A stretch of 64,000 nucleotides of DNA from Anthoceros angustus. Taxonomy: Eukaryota; Plantae; Anthocerotophyta. This document shows positions 48,658-62,068 of this stretch, in pieces; the stretch's first letter is position 1, and the number at the start of each line of letters is the position of its first letter. The stretch spans positions 248,001 to 312,000 of the forward strand of contig MU008207.1 of NCBI GenBank assembly GCA_010909165.1. The letters are read 5' to 3'. The notes under the pieces are model-generated. The model was not told where the DNA came from, ran no database searches, and saw nothing but the letters and a program-made list of their open reading frames with translations. Made by a program: the position numbers and the translations under genes.

Positions 48658-51600
48658 ATGGCCACATTATGGCAACCGGACCCGTTGTGGCCCCAACAAA
48701 TTGGTGTGTGTACAGGGATTCCACGAGGAGCTCCCGCCCACCTCGCCTCAGGGAGTCCACCCCAGGCAAACAACCTCAGGTGCAGCAGTGGGAGCCCAGC
48801 ACTTCCACTTCCGAGAAAATTGTGGTGGGACGGTTTTCCAAATGGTCGTCGGCAGGAGCTGGAGCTCTTGTGGCAACAATTTTTTCTGGACCCTACCATG
48901 TGGTGGGACAACAGGCGAGATAAGAAGAGATCTCGATCGCCTGACTTTCGGCATAAGGGTCCGGCGAGGTCCTGTGGTTAAACAGCATGTTAAGCCAGCT
49001 TGGGTTGATGAGCAGCTCGTTTCCTTGGATACAGATGGGTCATGGTGCCTCCTTCCGGATAAGCCTGAACCTGAGCGTGCAGGATCGGAATGGGCGTCGT
49101 AACGGCTGGAACCGTGAGCATGTTATGTCAGCAGGGAAGCTTTCTGAGGCCGTTGGAGCCCTGGAATCTCTGGCAGACAGACTCTGCTATTTCTCAGTCT
49201 CTGTTTTACACTGTGCTAAAACTGTGTACAGCTAAGAAGGATTTGGTTGTGGGGCGAGTTCATGATCTCACTGTCAAACTTGGGTACGAGTCGAATGCAC
49301 TTGGGGAACCATATCTTGCGCATGTATGCATGTGGAGGTAGGCAGGAGGCCATGGATGTGTTCACCAGGGTGGCAAACCAGATGTCTTCATGTGGTCTTC
49401 CATAATCTCCGCATACGCTAAGCATGGGAAACCAAAGGAGGCCATACAACTGTACCATGAGATGCGTAGGTCAGGAGTGAAGGCGGATGCTCACGTCTTT
49501 GTAGCTGCCCTTCAAGCTTGTGCATTGCCGACTTGGAATCTGGCAGAAAAGTGCACTGTGATGTGGTGCAGTGGCATTCCTGACTTGTTTGTTGGCAACT
49601 GCCTGGTGGACATGTATGCAAAATGTGGCAACTGAAAGATGCACGCCAGGTTTTTGACAGCATGGCCACAAAGGATGTGGTGACATGGAATGCCCTGATA
49701 TCTGGGTATGCAAAAGTGAACTGAGCACGCCGGTTTTTGACAGCATGCAAGAAGTGGTGACATGGAATGCCCTGATAGCTGGGTATTGAGCAAATGGACA
49801 TGAGGCTTGATGGACAAATGGAGCAGGAGGCCTCATTTTGGCTGACCATGTTACTTTTGCTTGCCTTCTGAAGGCCTGTGCAAGCACTGGTGCCTTACAG
49901 AAGGGCAGGCAGCTGCACTCACTGATTGTCGAAGAGGACTGCTGGATATAGTGTGGCAACTGCCTGGTGGACATGTATGCAAAATGTGGTGAACTGGAAG
50001 ATGCACGCCAGGTTTTTGACAGCTTGGCCACAAAGGATGTGGTGACATGGAATGATTGCTGGGTATGCAGCAAGGACTAGCCAAGAGGCTTGTTGTGTAT
50101 GGACAAATGGAGCAGGAGGGCTGATTTTGGCTGACCATGTTACTTTTGCTTGCCTTCTGAAGGCCTGTGCAAGCACTGGTGCCTTACAGAAGGGCAGGCA
50201 GCTGCACTCTGTCGAAGAGGACTGCTGGATAATGTAGTGGTGGGCAACTGCCTGGTGGACATGTATGCAAAATGTGGTGAACTGGAAGATGCACGCCAGG
50301 TTTTTGACAGCTTGGCCACAAAGGATGTGGTGACATGGAATGCCCTGATTGCTGGGTATGCAGCAAGGACTCGGACAGAGGCGCTTGTATGGACAAATGG
50401 AGCAGGAGGGCCTCATTTTGGCTGACCATGTTACTTTTGCCTTCTGAAGGCCAGCACTGGTGCCTTACAGAAGGGCAGGCAGCTGCACTCTCTGGTCGAG
50501 AGGACTGCTGGATAACGTAGTGTTGGGCACCTGCCTGGTGGACATGTATGCAAAATGTGGTGAACTGGAAGATGCACCAGGTTTTGACAGCATGGCCACA
50601 AAGGATGTGGTGACATGGAATGCCCTGATTCTGGGTATACAAGGACTCGCCAAGAGGCACTTGTTCTGTATGGACAAATGGAGCAAGAGGGCTACTTATG
50701 TTACTTTTGCTTGCCTTCTGAAGGCCTGTGCAAGCACTGGTGCCTTGCAGAAGGGCAGGCAGCTGCACTCACAGATTGTGGAAAGAGGACTGCTGGATAC
50801 GTAGTGGGCAACTGCCTGGTGGACATGTATGCAAAATGTGGTGAACTGGAAGATGCACGCCAGGTTTTGACAGCATGAACACAAAGAATGTGGTGACATG
50901 GAATGCCCTGATATCTGGGTATGGTACTTGTGATGGTCACAAGGCACTAGCTTGTTTTGAGGAGATGTTAGTTGCCGGTATTCAGCCTGATGCTACTTTT
51001 ACTTGCCTTCTAGTAGCGTGCAGTCATGAGGGACTAGTCACAGAGGGTCGAAAGCACTTTGATTCCATGGTTGAACAGCATGGCATCAAACCTACTATTG
51101 AGCATTACACCTGCATGGTTGATCTTCTTGGGCGTGCAGGCCAATTAGATGAGGCTGAGAACGTGCTCTTATCATGCGAGGGCCAGACTGATGTTGTGGC
51201 ATTGACGTCTTTGCTGAACGCGTGCAAAAGTCACAGGGATGTAGAGAGGGCGCTGTGGTGTTTTGAAAGCATTGTTAGGCTGGACCCTCAGTGGGCGTCT
51301 GCGTATGTGCTCATGGCCAATGCCTACGCAGATGCAGGTAGGTGGAGTGATGTAGACAGGGTAGAAATACTGAGAATGGCAGCAGGAGCTAACAAGAAAC
51401 CTGCAGTGGCAACCATTGAGGTGAATATGGAGGTACATAGATTTCTGGTGGGAGAAAGAAGAGAGGATATTGCGCTAAAGTTAGAGAGCACGAATGCACG
51501 TCTGAAGCAGGAAGGAGGCCACGTACCTCACACCAAGTTAGTGTTGAAGCCACTGTCTGAGAAGGAAAAGGAAGATGCGCTTTGTGGCCATGCTGAGAAA

Positions 51601-51798
51601 CTTGCTCTGGCGTTTGGTCTTTTGAACACTTCGAGTGGGACACCTCTGTTGGTAACGAAGAATCTACGCATGTGCAGTGACTGCCACAGTTCTACGGAGA
51701 TCATGTCCAGGCTTGAACACAGAGACATTGTTGTAAGGGATGGGTACCGGGTGCATCGATTTGCAAATGGTTGTTGCAGCTGTGAGGGTCGACCGTGA
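48658..51798 (+). CDS. GRP-type DYW:KP PPR paralog with N-terminal PDF motif; many frameshifts in the 5' and repeat region, C-terminal 307 aa intact
   Basis: ATG 48658 [11 protein letters not shown]; [30 protein letters not shown]; four near-identical PLS triplets; [29 protein letters not shown]. Confidence 0.85.
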
Positions 51799-52133
51799 GA
51801 TAAGAACTAGTCCTGTCAGAATATTGCTTTTGGGGTGATGTGCTTGCCATCCCTTCAATTGGGACATGGTCAATGGATGGATAACACACGATCCAGCTCT
51901 CGTCATACAGTATACCGAGATGATCAGAATCCAATGAATCCATCTGATTCTGGAATGGAGAAATTCTAGACGGATATAACTAGTTGCGACTGAATTAAGC
52001 GCTCTTAACACTACTTTCAGATTTTGTCCAAAACTTCACCTGTCTCTTTTCTGGTGGGTCATCTCCAAACCGCCTGCACCATCCTTGAATCATCTGCCAT
52101 AGTCTGGTAGTCATCTTCCGACAGCGGTCCTGA

Positions 52134-54599
52134 ACGATAACAGTGTGGCAACCCAATCCGTTGGGGACCCAACAGACTGATGTGTGCACAGGGATTCTAC
52201 GAGGACCACCCGCTCATCTCACCTCAGGAAGTCAACCCCTGGCAAACAACCAGCCCTCCAGGTGCAGCAGTGTCAGGAGCCCAGCAATCCCACTTCCGGT
52301 AACATCTGTAAGTGGGGACGGATTTTCCTGCGATGGTCGTTGGCAGGAGCAGGAGCAGGAACACTCGTGGCAACAATTTTTTCTGGACCCTACCAATTCC
52401 AGCTCTCGGGATAAGCTTGCACCTGGCAGGCGTGAAGTATCGGGAACGGCCGTCGTAACGGCTGGAACCGTGACCATGCTATGTCAGCAAGGGAAGCTTT
52501 CTGAGGCCGTTGGAGCCCTGGAATCTCTGGCGCACACAGACTCTGCCATTTCTCAGTCTCTGTTGTACACTGTGCTCAAACTGTGTGCAGCTAAGAAGGA
52601 TTTGGTTGTGGGGCGGAAAGTTCACGATTTCATTGTCAAACTTTGATTCGATACTTGGGGAACCATATCTTGCGCATGTATGCATGTGGAGGTAGGCTAG
52701 AGGAGGCCATGGATGTGTTCACCAGGGTGGCAAACCACATGCCTTCGTTTGGTCTTCCATAATCTCCGCATACGCTAAGCACGAGAAACCAAAGGAGGCC
52801 TTACAGCTGTATCATGAGATGCGTAGGTCAGGAGTGAAGGCGGATGCTCACGTCTATGTAGCTGCCCTTCAAGCTTGTGCATCTGCCGCTGACCTGAAAT
52901 CTGGAAGGGAAGTGCACTGTGATGTGGAGCAGAGTGGCATTCCTACTAATTTGTTTGTTGGCAACTCCCTGGTGGACATGTATGCAAAATGTGGCAAACT
53001 GAAAGATGCACGGCAGGTTTTTGTGGTGACATGGAATGCCCTGATATCTGGGTATGCAAAATGTGGTCAATTGTCAGATACACGCAAGGTTTTTGACAGC
53101 AGAAATACAAAGAATGTGGTGACATGGAATGCCCTGATTGCTGGCTATGCTGAGCAAGGTCTCGGACATGAGGCGCTTGTTCTGTACGGACAAATGGAGC
53201 AGGAGGGCGTCATTTTGGCAGACCATGTTACTTTTGCTTGCCTTCTGAAGGCCTGTGCAAGCACTGGTGCCTTACAGAAGGGCAGGCAGCTGCACTCACT
53301 GTTGTTGAAAGAGGGCTGCTAGATAGCGTAGTGTTGGGAAACTGCCTGGTGGACATGTATGCCAAATGTGGTGAACTAGAAGATGCACGTCAGGTTCTTG
53401 ACAGCTTAGCCGTGAAGGATGTGGTCACATGGAATGCCCTGATTGCTGGGTATGCACAGCAAGGACTCGGCCAAGAGGCGCTGCTTCTGTATCAACAAAC
53501 GGAGCAAGAAGGCCTCCTTTTGGCTAACCATGTCACTTTTGCTTGCCTTCTGAAGGCCTGTGCAAGCACTGGCGCCTTACAGAAGGGCAGGCAGCTGCAC
53601 TCTGTGGAAAGAGGACTGCTGGATAACGTGTTGGGCACCTGCCTGGTGGACATGTATGCAAAATGTGGTGAACTGGAAGATGCACGCCAGGTTTTGACAT
53701 GAACAAAGGATGTGGTGACATGGAATGCCCTGATATCTGGGTATGGTACTTGTGATGATGGTCACAAGGCACTAGCTTGTTTTGAGGAGATGTTAGTTGC
53801 CGGTATTCAGCCTGATGGAGCTACTTTTACTTTTCCTTCTAGTGGCATGCAGCCATGAGGGACTGGTCCACGAGGGTCGCAAGCACTTTGATTCCATGGC
53901 TGAACGGCATGGCATCAAACCTACTATAGGCATTATACCTGCATGATTGATCTTCTTGGGCGTGCAGGCCTTTTAGATGAGGCTGAGAACATGCTATTGT
54001 CTTGTGAGGGCCAAAGTGATATGGTGGGATTGATTGCTTTTTTGAATGCCTGCAAAAGCTACGGGGATATAGAGAGGGCGATGTGGTGTTTTGAAAGCAT
54101 TGTTAGGCTGGACCCCCAGGAGGCGCCAGCATATGTGATCATGGCCAATGCCTATGCAGATGCAGGTAGGTGGACTGGTGTAGACAGGATTGAAACACAG
54201 AGACTGGCAGCAGGAGCTAACAAGAAACCTGCAGTGGCGAGCATTGAGGTGAATAAGCAGATACATAGATTTCTGGTGGGAGAAAGGAGAGGATATTGCG
54301 CTTAAGGAAGAGAGCACGAATGCACATCTGAAGCAGCAAGGAGGCCACGCACCTCATACAAAGTTGGTGTTGAGACCACTGTGTGAGAAGGAAAAGGAAG
54401 ATGCGCTTTGTGGGCATGCTGAGAAGCTGGGACGCCTCTGGTGATAACGAAGAATCTTCGCATGTGCAGCGACTGCCACAGTTCCACAGAGATCATGTCA
54501 AATCTTGAACAGAGGGACATTGTTGTAAGGAATGGGTACCGTGTGCATCGGTTCGTGAATGGTTGTTGCAGTTGTAAGGGTCGACCGTTAGAAAAATGA
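52134..54599 (+). pseudogene. GRP-type DYW:KP PPR paralog, probably a pseudogene
   Basis: No ATG at the homologous start; PDF motif deleted after WQQFFLDPT; ~30 nt deletion after HAEKL; ends CSCKGRPLEK*. Confidence 0.82.
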
Positions 54600-55240
54600 T
54601 AAACTAGCCAGTGTCTCCAGAGAACATTCTTTCTTTTCTTGGGGTTTGTATATGCTTGCTCAACTGCATCCTTGTCCAAGCTGAGACATGGACATACATA
54701 GATCGTTTATTTCTTGGGGGTGAACTTAGTTAACCCAAGAGTGTTCGAAGCGTCTCGATTTGAGACTTCAATACTACTGTTCATTGTGTGTAAAAAAACT
54801 AATCGGAATCAAAGCGCGACATCACTGTGGTTTGGTTGCCACCCCAGTCTGATATCCAGCAAAACAGATGTATTCCATGTCGGATATGCTTGTGGGCAGG
54901 TTGTACTAAAAACCATGTCAGTAAATAAGCCTTTCTGTGGAACTTATGCACACTTTTTTGAGAGTGCGCCGGTTGTCCAGCGCACTCTTGCCAAACATAT
55001 TCTGTCGGGAAAGGACAAAGTGCCAGCATCATGTACAAAACAAAACATAACATATTCAAAACAATTTTAGAGGTCTTTTCAAGTAGAGTCAAAGATGGGA
55101 GATGCACCGGTTGACCAGGGCAGAGCCCCAACTATCTACAAGTCTTGGCTCCCTAGAGGGTCCTCTACATCCACCAAATTAACCTCTAAGTCTGGCACCG
55201 CTTACATTTTCAAAGCCCCTTCCGTCAACGGTTATCACCT

Positions 55241-55700
55241 TCAACCAAAGTAAAATGTCGGGCCTCTGTTATGCGAGAGACAGTGTCGCTTTTCATCCCA
55301 AATAATCAATGCTAACAGCTCTTCAACTGGCCGGTCGTCTCGAGGTCTGTGGAGTCCTTCATTCTCACCCTTCTTTCCAAGAAAGTTGTACACTTGCATT
55401 TTCCGGTCAATGCTACCATCTGCACAGATCTCCTTTGCCCAAAACTTGCCAGGCCCCCGCAAAAACTTATTTGTTGTAATTTCTTCGAACTCGTCCGGCA
55501 GCCGCTCTAACCCGTTGACTCTTTGGGACATATACATTGTGCATTGCGCGTCTTTGTCTATGGCCACAACGTTCCTTTTCCGCTCGATGTCTGCAACCAA
55601 AAATGACCCTGATCCCGCATAGGTGTCAACAACCCGGTTGCCTTCACTGGAGAACATGTTCACCAACATGCCCAATAACCCCAAAGGTTTGTGAGGGGAG
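55241..55700 (-). pseudogene. N4-cytosine/N6-adenine DNA methyltransferase C-terminal fragment (N6_N4_Mtase-like, beta-class order)
   Basis: HKPLGLLGMLVNMFSSEGNRVVDTYAGSGSFLVADIERKRNVVAIDKD matches KPxxLxxxLIxxxSxxGDxVLDPFxGSGTxxxAxxxxxRxxIGxExD. No DPPY/SPPY motif is visible upstream. Confidence 0.75.
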
Positions 55701-55874
55701 GTTGCCTATACGATTTTGGGCTGAAGCGGTGCAAGTTTCAACATACCTCCAAAACTGAACTGTTGTTTCTTCTCTGCAAGGACTAACCCCCTTTGAAGCG
55801 TGGACGGGATCGAAGCCCGATTTGTCCCATCTTCGAAGTATTGAGTGAGTAGCATCGTCGCTACGCCACAAATT

Positions 55875-56280
55875 TAAACGAATCTAAGAGACACATCTTC
55901 ATTGGCTACACAGCAGGAATACACGGGTACAAGCATTTTGAACCTACCTCTCGCAGAGTTGTGCATGCTCGAACAGTTGCATTCGATGAAGAGTCTGTTT
56001 TGAAGCCACCAGATCCAGCCTGTATAGACCCTGTTAGTGTTCTTGAGTCTGAATCTGTTGAGCTGGATATACATGAAGATGTTTCTTCTGGTGGAGATGG
56101 TGTTGTTGATGTTGTTGATTTTCCCAGTTTTGATCCATCCTATGCTGATCCTGTTCTTGGGACTCCCTCTGTCTTAGATCTAGTTCCACCCATCCATGCT
56201 CCTGGTCCAGCCCTTGTTAATGCCCCTTTCTTATTACCTGAGGCCGAAGATATGCCCGACATTGTTGATCCTGTATCCAC
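55875..56280 (+). mobile_element. Copia integrase C-terminal (GKGY/SH3-like) fragment
   Basis: ESKRHIFIGYTAGIHGYKHFEPTSRRVVHARTVAFDEESV. Confidence 0.75.
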
Positions 56281-56289
56281 TACTACACA

Positions 56290-58100
56290 TCGGGTGTTTT
56301 TATGACGGGAGCAGTACAACGTGGGGTGCTTCGGTAAAGAACCAAGCTCCACGAAGGTCTCCTTCACCGGCGAGACAGTTGGTGTATTGCTTAATTTGTC
56401 ATCAGACGGGGCACACCAACAGGGAATGTATTCGTGCACCACGGCATGCTGTGAATCATGTGGAAACCGTCATGCCCGGGGACTATTGGTATGTGGATGA
56501 AGCTTACCAGGTGCAAGCAGACACTGGAAGTCGGCCACCTCAATCAATGAGGGCGACTTACCAACCTACTACACCAGTTCCCTCGAGGTATGCATCGCGA
56601 CCGACATCACCGGGGCCATGGAGACCGGATGCATCACAAAGGCCGATGACAATTCCGCAGGGATGTTGTTATAATTGCGGAGCACTCGGACACTACTTAA
56701 ACGATTGCCCAAAACCTCGAAAGCAAGTGGGTTATGTGCCCTTTTGTCAGGTATGCAAGGATTTGGGGCATAAAATGGGAGATCCCAGGTGTTCGGGAGT
56801 GGCGCGAGTGGCACCAACGCGATCAGGGGCCAGGTTCACGGAGCCTGTGACAGAGGAAACACGAACCAACCCCGAAACCGCGATTACAGTGACCACGACG
56901 CCCGTGCTGAAGGTGGAGGCGGAATACGACGTTCTCGACGAACCTAGTGTAACATCAGGAAATGTGGAAGAGGGGTATGAAGGAGAGATGAGCGCGGATG
57001 AAGAGTTGATGGTGGCCAAGGTGACCACCAGGTCGGAGCGGCAGGAGAAAGGTCAAAGGTCGGGAAAAGGGCGCGACCAGGAGGAAAGGAAGCGGAGGAA
57101 GGTGAGGGATGACTCCCCTTGGCCTCCCGGAGCAGCTGGCTGGTGTCCAGCCTCAAGAGCAGGAGGAATGGGCCACCCTCACCAACGCAGGCAGGCACTA
57201 CCAGCTGTAGTTTGGCACCCCTGGTAGGCGGGCTACCACGGTGCGGCCCAGAGGAAGGGGAAGGAAGGAGGAACGGACCGCATTTCCTCCCGATATCAGC
57301 CGCAAAGTGGCGGCAATGCTAGAGGAGGAGCTGAATAGACTCATCCAGCGTGTGAAGAAGAAGGTAGCGGAGCAAGAAGTCGTTGATCCACCGGGTATGG
57401 AGTCCCACCCGACAGGAGGGACCATAGATTCGGGAAGTTTACCAATAAGGTCGGAGGTGACCAGCGTCAGGGCTGCAAACGGGGAGGAAGATTTGTTAGA
57501 TAAGATCTCCGGGTAACGCGCATTGCTTGACCCGAATTTGTAGTCGACTTGAGATTTATGCGTCCAAGATCCCGCAAGATTGTAAAGGAAGCGATCAGGG
57601 GAATCCCTGAGGCTATGGGGACGAGGAAGCGGCCGGTGGAGGTAAATGTGGTCGAACTTGTTGATTTGGGGGCACCCGAAATTGAAGTTGAAATTGCAGG
57701 ATGCTTGGTGCCCAATGTGCCATTGGATTCGGGATTGGGAGTCAACTTGATGACGGAGGAGACAGCTCATCAGCTTGGATTCACTGAGTTTCACCCGGCC
57801 CGAGTGTTTTTGCGGATGGCCGACCAAACGAGGAGGAAGCCGAGTGTTGAGAAACATACCAATCGCTGATTGGGGTCTCACCTTCCACCTTACCTACATG
57901 AGGCCGTCGGATTTAGGCTACAAGGTTTTGATAGGCAGGCCTTGGTCGTATGGTATTACGTGTCTTTGATTTGATCATGACATCACGTTTAAGTCGAGTA
58001 GGGTAGAACCTGCTGAGTTCGCTTTATGTCATGGAGCAAGGCTTCCTATGAGGGGGAGTCTGCGCTACAGTCTGATGGGTACACCTCAGGTAGCACGGGG
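56290..58100 (+). mobile_element. Gypsy gag-protease fragment related to element A
   Basis: Zinc knuckles CLICHQTGHTNREC, CYNCGALGHYLNDC and CQVCKDLGHKMGDPRC; protease VPLDSGLGVNLM...VLIGRPW. Confidence 0.85.
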
Positions 58101-58810
58101 GTAAGCTCCTCGAGCAGTGACCGAGCTTACCGGGGACCTTCAGTAACGTGAATCTTTACCGGGACTTACTGTCAAAGCCATCAATTAGGGTTGCATGCTG
58201 GGGGCTCGGTTCTTGTATGCATGTGCGATTACATTTCCATTTGCAGGCTGGACAATGGCCTGCCGGAGAAGGCCGGTGTCAAAGGGCGTGCGCACTGGAG
58301 ATCCCTCAGCCTTGTCATCAGATTGCATTCAAGTTTTTGTGTTTGGAGTTCGGCCTTCACAAGTACTGTGATCCTATTGGGCGCGATGGTCTCAAGTATG
58401 TACGGTCTAACTTTGATGAAAAGGGTTTCCGAGAACAAAGACGATTGTGCTGCACTTTCTGCAGAGGTATTCGAAGTGAACGGATTGCACAACCAGCCCA
58501 CTGCTAGCCGCGATGAGACACGGTGCAAATCGAAGTCCAACTTTGTACAAGCCTGAGACGGGCGGAATTAAATTCCGATATCATATCACAGTCGGAGAGG
58601 CGCCACAGCTAAAACCACGTCGCCTTGACCTCTAATTCGGTCAATCTCTTCGTTAAAGCCTCCACTTGTCCAGCAATTCCGCCTCCTGTTGTGGATGTCT
58701 CTCCTTTCTCCATTCGACGAACCGTCTTCCCTTCCTCTCCTTCTCCAACGCGCGTTCCGCCTCTTCCTGTCTCTTCTTGACCTTCTCCAGGTCCTTCTTC
58801 ATTCGCAGCT

Positions 58811-59780
58811 TGTGGCGCGACTTTTCGCGGACGGCCAGCCGGGCGCGCACGATCCCGTGTCGTTGTAGTAAGGGGTCCGCACCCAAGAGAATGATGGGCT
58901 CCGTTTGTCGCGTTTCAATCGTTTCGGACCGTTTCGAACTCCAACACCTACGTTTATCGTTTCCGCTACTATCTACTCGTGATGTCCAAGCAAGGCGGTG
59001 AGGCCAAAAGTTTAAGGACTCGTTCGCGTCCGTATCATTCCAATCTGTCCCTCGTACTTCTAGTCCGTCCCTCTTACCACTCTCGCTACACTCATCTAAA
59101 ATCACTCACGCCAAAATCTCCACATCTCTCGCAACACTCAATGTCCTTTGGAAAAAATGGGCGGGCTACGTGGTCCAGACCTCCTCCGTCGTTCACCGGG
59201 CCTCTCCGTCCGGGCTCTACACGCCCTCCCAGAGTTCCTCCGGCTCAACCGTTCCGGTCCACCCAACGTCGGTTCACTGCTCTGGACGAGTAAGGGTCCC
59301 CGGTCGTTCGTCCCTGCACACACCACCACACGTTAGGGTCCGTCACGAGGACCTGGATCTCTCCGGAGCTATCGTGCCTGCTCAGTGACCTAGGACTCAC
59401 GTTAGCAAGAAGACGCACAAGGGTCTGCAAGGAAACGCGGCATCAACACCAAGAGAAGATACTTTACTAGGGCAGCCTCAGCCCTCTTATACTACGCCCA
59501 AGGTCGTCGTCTTTATTACACTCCTATTATTTGGTGGCCATTTCGGTGGTTCAGGCCGCCTACTATCTCCTTATTCCGCCCTATCTATGCCGTCGGTGTG
59601 GGTTGCTCTGGTTCATACCTAGCGTGGCCATATACGACAATTGCGGTGCACCCAATCGGATGATCCGCGGGCCTACCTCCTCGAGACTCTCTCGAGCTAC
59701 GGCGGCACGACAGCGATCACCACCAAGTCCTCCTCCCTCCTCTCTTGCCATGGTGGGCCCTCGTCAGGGCCTCTAAGAGA
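58811..59780 (-). repeat. LTR A family copy (58811-59722) with adjacent PPT
   Basis: Starts TGTGGCGCGAC and is collinear with 44103-44930. Confidence 0.82.
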
Positions 59781-59783
59781 TGG

Positions 59784-62068
59784 TGTCATGAAAGACAAAG
59801 CACTGTGTGGGACATGGGAGAATCCCGGCAGTATACTGGATGAGTCCCAATTCCGCCATACTCGGGACTGTCCCACCTACAATTGAGCAGCGGACGACTC
59901 GAGGTAAGGAAGAGTGTTTACTGAATGAAAGGAGCATATGGACACAATATTCTATTATGGATATTTGCAGAATATGCTAGTATAGAAATTCCCTATTTTT
60001 AGGACATAAGTGATCAGCTCATTATCAGCCAAGTAGACATGCTAAATAAGCATGTTGGTTGCAAACCGTAAGTTAGAGGACGGGTTGGCCAAACCGCAGT
60101 TGTAGTTAGCGTGCAAACGTGGGAGAAGGGCGCCAAGGCGGATGCGCAGAATGATGGAAAGGCGCTAAACGCCGGTGAGAGGTGCGCAAACGTGGGCTGG
60201 GCGTGAAGATGGCGCTACCGGAGCAAAGATAAGTGGAGGATTAGGGTCATTAGCAGGTTGTTGAAGTCGCGCGCGTGGCATAGGGGAGCAATCCAAGACC
60301 CTTCTTATGCGAAAACAACTGAATGCAATCTTGAATGGAAGCTTAGATTTAGAGCGTGTTTTTGAGCAACGGGATGCTGTGTGCAGGTGTTGGTGTGATT
60401 TTCCAACTCGTAATCGCGCAAACTGCGTGATCCCTCTTCAATGCTAGACAGCATGCTGCAAGCAATGCTGTCCACTTGTTCACTTCAACAACTCCTCTCT
60501 TGGAAGCATGGAGCCTAGGGGAGACAGCGCAGCAGCAGCGCCGCCAAGCATCTACAGCGAGTAAGCCAGCCTCAAGACACCCAGCATTGGGTCATGAGCC
60601 ATTGTTGGTGAGTGCAGGCGGTGACAACAAATATTCAAGTCTGTTGTCCCCAGGGACACCAGTGATTTATTGAGGATTCCATCCGTGTTTTTCATTTCGA
60701 TGGATTTTGTTTGTTCCCATTCGGATCCTTTTTGGGTGAATTTTAGGTTGAAGGCACCTGCTCTCCGTGCACCTTGTTATCAATTCGAGGAGGATTTGAC
60801 CATTCATTGTCTCGTGTTGCTGATTTTTGCGGAGAGTGACCACCTTTGTGTTGGCTTTCATGGGTGATGCACCCACGAGTGAGACCAACGCCACCGACTC
60901 AACCCGGGACATTCCCAGCGATTACTCTGGCGAGTGCAGGGCAAGGAGGAGGTGGGCAGCCGAGGAGCGGCGGTGGCGAGAAGGGACGTTGAGGCGATTC
61001 GCCTCCAACACCTCGGCCAGCCACAAGTCCCTGCAGCCTAATTGGTCACCCTTGTCACTGCAAATTTCGCTTGGGGCGTCAAGCAATTCTGATTCAGAAC
61101 AGCAGCAAGAGCATCCAGCGCCTGCTAGGAGCATCTCTTTCCCGGGACAGTCCAGAATAGTACCAGACGGATCCAGCCGACATTTCGGAGACGGGGCCCA
61201 ATGATTATTCGATTCGAGACACCATGGAGGGAGGAGGACCATCATACAGACATGAGAGATTCTCGGGAAGGCCAGGTACTCAGACATTGCGAGATTTCAA
61301 GCTGTTTATCAATGGCATGATCAGTAAGTGAAGTTCAAACATGGTTCTGCAATCATTTATACATGTTTGAGCGATTGGTGGTACCTAGCGAGATGAGGCT
61401 TTGGACCTATGAGGCGCACGTGGATCTCGCCGTGGCTACGCCTAATCCTCTTTTTCCGAGTGCTTTGCAGTTAGCCTACAATGCTAAACTGGCCACGGCA
61501 ATCAATGCTCACCAGGCAAGCATTGCTACTGGAACTATCGCTGCTACTGTACAACCACCTACGGTTGTTAGCTTGACTGCAGCAGAGAGGTTGGCGGCCA
61601 CAGTAGGGGTGGATGAGCACATCTTGACACCTAAGCACACCAATCCGGTGGAGGTGTTCATGGGGATTCTGGAGAAAGCCTTTCCGCTGAAGACTCCTGA
61701 AAAAATTGCAAAGCTTGCATCCTTTGTACGCAAGAAAGGAGAGACATGCATATGACTTTTCGGAGGTTGCAAAAGTGCGTGAAGGTACGTCATGTGCATC
61801 GGGGAGGCGCAGTACAGCGGCATTGGAGGGACTCCTTGTTCCATTTTCAGCTCATCACTTCTCTAGTGGATAAGTATGGTGATGACTATACTTTGAGCAG
61901 TGCATGAAGAGGCGGGCGCAAGATTGCCTTCTGCGTATGCCTCCCGCCACTCCAAGGCTTTTTCTCACTATCAAAGCATGTTCACCAGCAAAGGAACGAC
62001 ACCGGGAAGTGGGAGTACAGGATCAGCAAGGGCAGTCCCGGCTAAGCCAGCCAAGGCAGGGGCTGCAG
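59784..62068 (+). mobile_element. Truncated second copy of element B (LTR plus gag), opposite orientation
   Basis: Reverse-complement match to 39925-42160, e.g. NWSPLSLQISLGASSNSDSE in both; starts TGTCATGAAAGAC. Confidence 0.88.

Noticed and set aside
52134-52139. ACG at the start position of the third tandem paralog, as a possible editable start codon
   Set aside because: The alignment is ambiguous (ATG->ATA fits equally), the gene is nuclear, and the copy has other lesions.
54880-55030. Possible Cys/His finger downstream of the N4/N6 MTase fragment
   Set aside because: Needs several ad hoc frameshifts; spacing is not convincing.
58150-58810. Minus-strand coding-like segment as the missing 5' half of the N4/N6 MTase gene
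   Set aside because: No DPPY/SPPY or other diagnostic motif seen, and linkage across the intervening TEs is unsupported.
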